DNA of 64,000 nt, taken from Oculina patagonica (taxonomy: Eukaryota). The DNA lies in NCBI RefSeq assembly GCF_052425735.1, contig NC_135759.1, positions 1,860,001 through 1,924,000 on the forward strand, written 5' to 3'. A program made the position numbers and the translations under genes. This document shows positions 40,468 to 49,625 of the stretch, in pieces. The notes beneath the pieces are model-generated. The model did no database searches and was not told the DNA's origin. It saw only the letters and a program-made list of their open reading frames with translations. Each line of letters opens with the position of its first letter. Position 1 is the stretch's first letter.

Positions 40468-41700
40468 TGAAAAATTAGCTCGTTCGAAACAGCCGTTTAC
40501 TGGCAGTCTTTGAAAATCCTGAATTTCGTCAAAATGAGCCAAAATAAAGTTTTAAAATTTCCTTTATCAATATGGTTCTTATCTTTTTATTCAATTCTAT
40601 GAACTGCTTTTATGCAGTACTGCAGTCCACAAAGATTTCAATTTCCTCAAAGTTTCGGGACAAATGGATACAAAATATTTCGTGCAGAATGTAATTTGAT
40701 TAAGCGAATGTTTTCACGTCTATAAATACTTTAAGCAGTGAACGAAAAACCGTTTTGTTTTCATCGATGAGAACCACTTTCAAATAGTTAATGCATAAAA
40801 AATAACAATCAGATCAGAATACAATAATTATTAATGTAAGGTCTCGCTATTATGTCTCGGCAGAGATACTTCCTTTTTGCAAGTTCAAATGTATGCAAAT
40901 TTCGTGTGAAATGTAATTCGATTCCATTGTCTTGTTTACAAACTCTTTCTTAAGAAAGTTGTATTTTCGTGAATAAAACCCATTGGCCTGTTTTGTTTTC
41001 CTGATCATGTTTGTCTGTGATTTTTACAAAACATGTGGTCTTTTTTTTCGGAACTTTAAGTTGTACAAAAATTCCTATTTTGAACACAGATGTCACTTCC
41101 GGAATTTCTCATCTAAAATTCAATTGGTATTTAATTATAATTTTCATTCGATAGCTTTACTGATCTCGTAAAAAATTCCATTCAAGTTCACACCAATACT
41201 GTACATTGCCAATGTTTTGCTGCCGTCTTGAGAAGTGTCTTACTAACGTCACTAGTCAAATCTAAAATATATCCAAACCATCTTGTGCAAACATTCTACT
41301 CTTTGTGACAGGCGACTTTGACGCCCAACTGTGCGGAAATGAAAATCGACATACCCTTCTTGCTAAATATATAAAAAATAGTTTTAAAGTGGAGTCCGCC
41401 TCAAAAAAATGTACCGCCAGATCACACTGCTATTTGTAGAAACCAGCAAAGCGTCTAGTTTCAAAGTTTCCCACAAAAACATTGCGTGACATGAATGACG
41501 TTACCCCTTTTATTTACAAAAATAGCTTCAACTTGTCAAAGCAACTACAGTTTCACAATGGTGATTATTAGTACTTTACCCCTTAAGCTTTTTTTCTCTG
41601 TCCTCCCGCCGAAGCAAAGAAGAGAAACAGATTGCAGATTAGCCCAAAAGTCGACCCAGTGTTCCTACAACGATTTACTGTCAAAACTGAAATGAAACCT
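40468..41700 (+). repeat. Copy A of a diverged ~1.2-kb non-coding duplication; copy B at ~59557-61646
   Basis: Collinear shared blocks, e.g. CAGCCGTTTAC, CCTTTATCAAT, AAATTCCATTCAAGTTC, CAAACATTCTACTCTTTGTGACA and AAGCTTTTTT(T)CTCTGTCCT. Confidence 0.8.
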
Positions 41701-42287
41701 ATTCATCTTCGGCATCTTTCTCATCCACCTCTCGTTCTGTCCTGTGTCTGTCATCACACGAAAGAAAAGCTGATTCTCAAAAAATCTGCCACAAAAGGAA
41801 ATTGACCAAAAAAATATGAAAACCATATATCGAAAGTTTCTTATTCTAAAATTTTATCATACGTCTTAATTCAGAGCTACAAAGAAGTTCCTCCTTTTGA
41901 GTTATTGATACTGTTCTTACAGTACCTCTTTCCACTAGCGAAATTTTACAAAATTCCTTCGCGGCGAAAAGGTAGCGCGAATCCAGAACAGACTCCAATC
42001 GAGAGTGGGTTAATTCTAGATTACTATTAATTAACTATTACAACATTCATTTTTAAAATAGTTTCCCAAGCCGACTAAGCTAACTAAACGTCGAGTGTAT
42101 CTTTCAGTAAACAAAACATGCCGTTATGACGCCGGAAATCCAGCTCACGCATACTATACCCCGTGACTCACGCAAACCTCCGACTTACGTGCTACTTCAG
42201 TCATTCCTTTCTAAACATTTTTTTTTACCACCACCGTACCTTTCTACCCAAAAAACTCATGAAACCGCCCGGTTTTAACCTGTTTTA

Positions 42288-42858
42288 AGTAGTATAGGAG
42301 TTGGGGGTACGAGATCATAAAAATTTTTATAATCTCTTACATCCCCAACTCCTATACTACTGCACAGCACTGGATTCAAAAAATAGAATCAAAAATAGAA
42401 TCAAAAAATAGAATCAAACATGGAATCAAAAATGAAATCAAAAATAGAATCAAAAATGGATTCAAATATTGGAATCAAATATTGGATCCAAAACTGAAAT
42501 TCAAACCCTAGAAAACCAAGCCTGTAAAACCAAGCCTGAAAAACCAACCCTAAGTCAACCCTAGGTTCAAAATAAAAAAAACTTCTTATACTCTTTTTCA
42601 AACTTTTTTTATACTGCGTTCGAATGGGATTGTCTTATATGGGTCCACTTGCTACCAAGACTGTACTACATTGCTCACAAAACCATCGTGTATTTCGCAT
42701 ATAACGGGCTTTTGTGCGCCTTATAGCTTTCATTTTGTCTTCTTTGGTAAACCATCTCTGGTATCGGCCATTAACAATATTATCATTCCAAAACATCAAT
42801 TGTTATATATTAATGACACAATATATTAATTTCTTATATCATTAATAGTGCGTTTAAA
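42288..42858 (+). repeat. Left terminal inverted repeat (571 bp)
   Basis: Reverse complement of 58981-59545 apart from a few substitutions, a 7-bp deletion and one extra AAACCAAGCCTG-type unit. Contains a terminal hairpin and AAAAATAGAATC-type repeats. Confidence 0.95.
42609..42796 (-). pseudogene. Frameshifted left-TIR copy of the small zinc-finger ORF
   Basis: Mirror of 59043-59237 but lacking 7 bp (AAAAAAG) between 42667 and 42668. Confidence 0.7.
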
Positions 42859-42872
42859 ATAAACTTTGAAAA

Positions 42873-43139
42873 TCAACCCTTGCAATCAAAATCTGAATAC
42901 AATTTCATCAATTTTTTGATTCCTTCAACTTTATCATTTTTAATCATATCATTTAAATTAAAAACAGTATTACTGTTTGATTTATCTCTGAAATAAACAC
43001 CTTTAAAACAAGGAATAATTTTCCTTAAATCATAATCAATGTCTAATATTAGCAATTTATTTTCATAAATGAAATAAATATTATCATCCGTTTTACCTAA
43101 AATTTTAAAAGGATCAAGCCTCGCTCCATCTTTATCCAT
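42873..43139 (-). CDS. Polinton hypothetical protein (88 aa)
   Basis: ORF with ATG preceded by TAATATATAG, like other starts in the element; no recognisable domain. Confidence 0.55.
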   Translation of the reverse strand: MDKDGARLDPFKILGKTDDNIYFIYENKLLILDIDYDLRKIIPCFKGVYFRDKSNSNTVFNLNDMIKNDKVEGIKKLMKLYSDFDCKG

Positions 43140-43408
43140 CTATATATTAACTTAAGATTTTAATTTTTTAAGTAGAATATTTTTGTATTAAAAATGAAAA
43201 TATGTAAACCAAGCAAAGCAGATTATTTTTGACAATATTTAAAACCAAAATGGAATCAAGTTTGAAAACCAAAATGAAAAAACCAAGCCTTAAAAACCAA
43301 CCCTTGCTAAACCCTTTAATCAAAATAAAAAAATCTCTTATACTCTTTTTAAAATTTTGAATTCAAGGTGCGTTTAAAAATCTCTTATACTAGAAATCAT
43401 AATGAAAA

Positions 43409-46400
43409 TTATTGCTTTATATTATAATACCCGTAAGCATAACTTGTTAAGCCATCATCAAGTATATACCGTTTATCATCAAAACAGCTCAGTGATATTT
43501 TATTAATCTCATAGCTTCCAAGTTGATGGCCTTGACTTCTGATGGTTTTCATAGTATGATGCATCTGTGTTTTATTGAATAAGGTCTCTTTGTAGTTTTC
43601 ATGTGTGATATCTTTTTTGATAACGGATTTCTTGATTCCTTTGGCAGTCTTTCCTACTTGTAGATTGTCTTTAATATAAGAATACATTTTTGATCGCAGA
43701 CCGATGAATTCTAAAATAGGAATAAAAGAAGCTTCATCTTTGAATTTACCAATGACTTTCTTGTTTGTTTTATCAAAGAATGGTGATTTTTCAGGGTAGT
43801 CACTGTTATCGAATTTCTCTTTATCATTAAAAAAGTCTTTATATACATCTTCAGCCTGAATTTCATAAGTTAAACTGTCTGTATCTGTAAATAGTAGTTT
43901 GGCTTTGTTTACATACTTCTTTTTTATGTAGTTATAATGGAAATCATACATTAGTGTTTTGCTTAAATCTAATATAGCCATTCCTACATATGAAGGTCGA
44001 TTGAGGGTTAATGTTTCTTTGATTTTATGGACAGCTACTAAGTTTTCATTAAATATTTTGCTACTGACATATGTTGGTTTTGAAGCTAACTTTAATAATT
44101 TATTTTTATTAGTCACTAACCTAACGTCGACTCGCTTCCTCAAATTCTCCATGGTTTTGCCGTATACTGAATTATTCATCAATTTAAAAAAGTCTTTTTC
44201 AAAAGCGTTTTTAGAATTTTTACGTTTTTTAGTATTGTAATCGATATATTGCTTCAACCATGGGGATTGATTAAATTCTAACACTCGATAGACTTTTGTG
44301 AGCTTTAATCCTAGATCTAAATACAACTGAAGATTCCTGTAATGTAATACATATTTTTCTTTATTGTTTAATGTAGGTATCAGTTTATGTACTAAACCTG
44401 ATGATATATTGTATTTTTTAGCAATGTTTTTGCAATAATCCGATAGCATATCTTTAGTCACCTTAACTTTTTCTGCACCCAATGGGTAGTCATTATGATG
44501 ATTATGCAACTCCTTGGGATATTCAAGATCAACCTCCAGTATCAAGCCTTTTTTACTGTCTTCTTTATACTTGGCCAAGTTTGTTTCATCAATTTGTTTT
44601 TGTGTTAACCATCTAAAGCATCCAGTTGGTAGATATTGACTCATAGCATAACCGTATAAATTATTAGCATCAAGATACATGATATACTTTGAGGGCGCCT
44701 TCTCATCATATTTTTTCATATATTTGTTATTAGCTTTCCCATATCGATGAGCTATATACGATATACCTCCTCTCATTCCTTTTTCGATGAATTGGTACAT
44801 ATCAACGTCAGTCATTAGCTCTAATTTGATATCAGTCATTTTAAGCATAGCATCCCACGATAAACCTGGGCTTGTGAAGTAATGACATGGATCAAGTTTA
44901 TAGTATTCTAGGCATGTTTTTCTAAAGCTTTCAAACACATCTGCTAATAATAAGACATCTGATTTTAAATATAAATCATGGTACTCACCCATATTTTTGA
45001 TCTTAAACGTTTTCCACACATTTTCTGCATGCTTATAGTCTTTGTCTGATATATGCTCATTATTTAATATACTGTAAAATTCTTCTTTAGTTGGTAGCTC
45101 TGCATTAAATTTATCAAAGCTATCCATATAGTCATACGGATATATTCCTTTTCTCGACATAAGATTAAGCTTATCACCCTTAAACATTTTAGAAGTATAT
45201 ATTAATTTTTCTCTCGGCAGATTACTTACTAATTTATCAAGACTGGAACTCATAAACTGGAAACTATCAAGAAATGTTAAATGATTACCGAGCATAAATG
45301 CCATATATTTCTCAATGGTATTGGGTATAGCATTGATATTCATCTCTTTAATCTCTCCTTTTTTATTTTTGTATGTATGATTTTTGACAATAGCACCAAT
45401 CTCTTGCATTATAAAATGACTGTCATAACCTCTGAGATTGTGAAAAATTACAGGTATCTTTATTTAATCTGGTTCTATTCTCAATTTAAGATTACAGTCT
45501 TGGTGTGCTGACCCTCTGTATTTACCAGTAATATGGCAATGATCTCTCACTCGTACATCATCATCATTATACACTTTATCACAGATATGACATACTTTTG
45601 CTTGTTGAAATTCTTCTTCATCATCTTTAGTCATCTTTAATGGTTTGTTGAAATGTTTTTTCATTGTATTTTTACAATATTTAACCTCCCCAAGCATCTT
45701 TTCCATGAATTTGTAAACAGCTTTTTCACCTCTGTAAATTTGTAACGGCCTAGTGTATTTATCATCATAAAAACAAACTACTTTATAACCATAACCACAG
45801 TCTGTATGCCTTTGATAAGCTTGAGTATAGGATTTATCATCTTTAGGCTTGCAACCGGAAATCTTTTCGGTTATAGCTTCGAAATCAGCATATATCACAA
45901 ATGGGACGGCTTGTTGCTTATGAAAGTTGTTGAATTTTAGTATATTATTGTCTTTATCAGGCATTTTAACTGCTTGTGTCCCATTGACTTGAATGCAATT
46001 ATCTTTGTGATCGTTTAATACTCTTTCAGAACTGAAACATTGCAAACAGTGCATACAGAAGTGTTTCCTCTCTTTATGCTTTGTTTTAATTTGGTTATAC
46101 ATGAATTTATTGAAATCCTTTATTAGAACATAATGCTTGTTTCCATTTTCAGTTATCAATAATAAATTCATCTGATTGTCATACTTTTCTTTTGATATAT
46201 AGATGGGATATGTTTGTTTGTTTTCATAACCGAAAACATTAATATTAATCTCATTTTGCTTCTCAATTTTATTGTACTGCTTTATTGCTACTGGGAATTG
46301 AACTCCATCATAATTTAGATTCTCAATGTATGATTTATCAGATTTTTTAATACGTTGAGGATATTTATCTTGAGGATTTATGTGTCTGATATGACACCAT

Positions 46401-47170
46401 CTAAAGCATTCATTGTCTTCATTTTTCATATTAATCAATCCCTTAGCACTATTCCTTAGTTCTTGGGGTAGCTGAATATATGATGAGCCTTTTATTGGTT
46501 CATATTTTACAATATTGATATAATGACCATCAACAGATTGTAATACCCAACCTGAGCCTTCTGATATCCATTGTGCAACAAAATTTAATATTTGTTGTTT
46601 AGATGATTGTAGTGATTCTGCAATCTCCAGATTATTGATGATTGTTTGTGGTTTGCAATTAAAATAAGCTGTTTTATATATTACACCATCGCCAGTCATC
46701 TTTGAAAATGTAACCTTAAGAGTTTCAGCAAATTTGAGTCCTTTCATTGCTGATAGCTCTTTTATGATGTGATTTTCTACAGCTTTTCTTGTGTTTTGAA
46801 GCTGTAATAACGGGTCTTTATTATTTTTTATACCAATTTCAAAAGACTTTGTGTAGCCTTTCATAGCTTTAGCGACTTCCTCTATCTTTGTCCTTGGTAA
46901 TGGTAGTGGGGCTGTTTTTATAGTCCGTGGCATGGGTTTAGGCTTGTAATCATCCCTAAATTCAGGAGGTGGTTGAATGATATTTTCCTCATAATCTTGA
47001 ATCATTTGTTTAACGTTTCGTCTTGGGGTAGGCTTCGGAGGCCGTGGTTTGTATATCCTTGGTTGGTTTGCTTTTAGTGATAATATGAGTTGTATAAGCT
47101 CGATTTTAGATAGTTTGTTGAGATCAAATTCGTCCATATTAATATTGGTTGAGATATTTTTTTGTGTCAT
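43409..47170 (-). pseudogene. polB: Protein-primed family B DNA polymerase (pPolB), ~1253 codons, interrupted by one in-frame TAA at 45464-45466
   Basis: ExoI YADFEA; endonuclease VII-like Zn insert CHIC...RDHCHITGKYRGSAH..CN; ExoII HNLRGYD just after the stop, in the same frame; polymerase motifs LDANNLYG, KLMNNSVYGK and TDTDS. Confidence 0.93.
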
Positions 47171-47353
47171 TTTTTGTACTATATAGAATTACCATTTCTT
47201 TAAGTGTCTATAGTAAAAATTATTTTTGAGATTTTTGGTGCGTTTAAAGATAACCAGAAATAATAATATTTTTGGTCACCAATGCAACAATAAACAGCAA
47301 TTAATATACTGTGCTATACAATATATAATTACATAATTTTGCTTTATATGTTT

Positions 47354-47581
47354 TTATTCATCAGCAGGTATCATTTTAAATCTTTTATCTTCTTCAATGG
47401 CTTTAATAACAGTATTTAAAATATGTTTTTTGGTTTTTAAATGGCTCCACTTACCGGCCAAACAGCTATTATAATCACTTATTTCACAAACCCATGGTTT
47501 ATTGAGCATGTATTTCGTCTTTGATTTAGTAATAGCGTTACGTCTGTCTTCATCATTATCGTATTTAAGATTCCTTCCCAT
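47354..47581 (-). CDS. Small C2H2-like zinc-finger protein, paralogue of the TIR ORF; second Cys missing
   Basis: EDRRNAITKSKTKYMLNKPWVCEI...KWSHLKTKKH aligns by eye with EDKMKAIRRTKARYMQNTRWFCEQC...KWTHIRQSH. Confidence 0.65.
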   Translation of the reverse strand: MGRNLKYDNDEDRRNAITKSKTKYMLNKPWVCEISDYNSCLAGKWSHLKTKKHILNTVIKAIEEDKRFKMIPADE

Positions 47582-47670
47582 TAATATAATACTATATATT
47601 ATTTCTTTATACCAGTTATAGTGCGTTTAGATATAAACAGATAATTATTTTCTTTATTAATATATATAGA

Positions 47671-47919
47671 ATGAGTGATATTACATTAAATATTAAACAC
47701 CTACTTGAAGATCAAAGCTCGAACGATATAGCCTTCATTAATAAAATGTGTTGTATTCAGAGCATCCTTGAAGCTAATATTAGTATTATTAAAATGCTAT
47801 CTTCAGACCTTAACAGCCGATCTGAAATATCAAATGAAGACAAAAATCATGCATGTTTAGAGTGTATACCTGAAGACCAGAAACGACGACGTGGAAGGCC
47901 TCGTAAGGATCAACGTTAA
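47671..47919 (+). CDS. Small protein with a C-terminal AT-hook
   Basis: RRRGRPRK motif; ATG preceded by TAATATATATAGA. Confidence 0.6.
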   Translation: MSDITLNIKHLLEDQSSNDIAFINKMCCIQSILEANISIIKMLSSDLNSRSEISNEDKNHACLECIPEDQKRRRGRPRKDQR

Positions 47920-48397
47920 ATACATATTTATTCAGTTTACGGTTTTAGCCATAAGTTATAAATGATTAATGACTAAAAGATGGTTCCACAATGTTCTATT
48001 ATGATAACAAAAACATAGCAACGCAACTATTTACTTTTTGATAGCATAAGGAGATTATTGTATGTTTTTTTTAACCAATCAAAAGCTACATATTTTGATT
48101 CACAATTGTGAAAATATTTTGTGAAACTTTATTCATTTTGTGAAATATTTTTGTGAAATATTTTTTTGAAGATGTAAGAACTATAGGGGTTCCCCATGAA
48201 AATAAGTCATCATTACTTTCCAAGGTCATCATGCAGTCGTGTGATTTCTATTGACCAATCATATTTCAACAAGTAAAAAGTTTTTTATATATAAACTTTT
48301 TGAGTAAAATTTACTCAAAAAGTTTACTCAAAAAGTTTATTCTAAAATTTACTGCCAAACACAGCTGTGCCGTGAAGTTATGTGTGTTATATATATA

Positions 48398-48961
48398 ATG
48401 GTTTGTAATTCTGAAATCCACGATGAATTAAAAATTTTAAAAGAACCTATATGCCCTTATTGTGGTCAACTATTAGCAGAAGGTGATAAGGCTGAGTTGG
48501 CTGAGCCATGCTGTAGTAAGCAGGATATGTCAAATCAAAACGGTATAAATGTTTGTATTAATTGCGGTTTGGTTCATGGTTCTATTTATTACAATGAGTA
48601 TTTCGATTTTTACGAGAACATACACAAGATATGGCGTAAAAGCATCTATCATCGTAAATACCACATTGAGGCTGTTTTAAACGATTTATGTATTAAAAAT
48701 GGAGTTCAATTGTCTCATAATCAGCGCGATAAGATTTATAAAGTGTTTCATGAGATCGATACTATTCTTCCATCTATAAATAAAAGAAGAAAGAGGATGA
48801 TCTCAACGAAATATATTATAAGACAGCTGTTTAAAATGCTCGGTATCCCATACAATTTCATCTGTGTTACTAAATCAAAAAAAACACAAGCTTTTAATGA
48901 TAGATATTGGGCTGAAATTTTAGCATTAAAATCGTCCCAGATCGCACGGTTTATTTGGTAA
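48398..48961 (+). CDS. VLTF3-like (poxvirus A2L/NCLDV late transcription factor 3) protein
   Basis: N-terminal Cys clusters (CPYC, CC, CINCG), then YHRKYH, RKRMISTKYIIRQLFKMLG and KSKKTQAFNDRYWAEI, resembling VLTF3 blocks. The likely start is ATG 48398 after TATATATA. Confidence 0.7.
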   Translation: MVCNSEIHDELKILKEPICPYCGQLLAEGDKAELAEPCCSKQDMSNQNGINVCINCGLVHGSIYYNEYFDFYENIHKIWRKSIYHRKYHIEAVLNDLCIKNGVQLSHNQRDKIYKVFHEIDTILPSINKRRKRMISTKYIIRQLFKMLGIPYNFICVTKSKKTQAFNDRYWAEILALKSSQIARFIW

Positions 48962-49439
48962 ATTTATCATCATACTTGAGCAGATACCTATCGATTATTG
49001 GACCGGTATCGCATATGTAGTCGTCAATGCTTTTCATTGTATTTAGGATGCTAGACGGATTATAATCACCACTTCTCATAGCGCCTTTAATAGAGTTCAA
49101 AAGGTGTTGATAGCTTTGGTAAGCATATATGGAGTTATGAATTTTTAGTTCGAGATTCTTATGTATCATCAAAGCCTGAATCAATAATGAAATTGTTGAT
49201 ATTGTGATCAAAGCAATACCACCAGTCGCTATAGAGGAGGCGAATCCGCTTGATGCAAATATGATAGACAATGAATTCCCTAATAATTTCCATTTTTTGA
49301 AACGTTTAACAGCCTGCTTGTAAGCCCAACATTTTCGATGATATGTTTGATAATAAGCTTTCAATTCTATAATTTGGTCTTCAGTAAGTTCGCTTGATAT
49401 ATGGTTCCATGTAAATATGCATTTTCGATGTTTAGTCAT
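48951..49439 (-). CDS. Predicted two-transmembrane protein (162 aa)
   Basis: Hydrophobic hairpin LLGNSLSIIFASSGFASSIATGGIALITISTISLLIQALMI between predicted helical regions. Confidence 0.7.
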   Translation of the reverse strand: MTKHRKCIFTWNHISSELTEDQIIELKAYYQTYHRKCWAYKQAVKRFKKWKLLGNSLSIIFASSGFASSIATGGIALITISTISLLIQALMIHKNLELKIHNSIYAYQSYQHLLNSIKGAMRSGDYNPSSILNTMKSIDDYICDTGPIIDRYLLKYDDKFTK

Positions 49440-49471
49440 ATATATTAGTTATATATGATTTTTTTGTTTTA

Positions 49472-49588
49472 TCATTTTGTCATTTTAGCATTGCGCTTGT
49501 TCTTTATTGTGTAATACAGCTTCCTAATGTTTTGAATTAATCTCTCAATAGAATCAATAATATTGCTAACCAATTTCACTGTTTTCAT
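49472..49588 (-). CDS. Putative 38-aa basic amphipathic peptide, below the ORF-track length cutoff
   Basis: MKTVKLVSNIIDSIERLIQNIRKLYYTIKNKRNAKMTK* fills the intergenic gap and has ATCTAA at about -14. Confidence 0.45.
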   Translation of the reverse strand: MKTVKLVSNIIDSIERLIQNIRKLYYTIKNKRNAKMTK

Positions 49589-49625
49589 ATAAGTGAATTA
49601 GATAAAATCGTTGGAGTTAGATAAT

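Noticed and set aside
45464-45466. Programmed stop-codon readthrough in pPolB
   Set aside because: TAA-A is a poor readthrough context, and a single A>T change explains it; other lesions show this copy is decaying.
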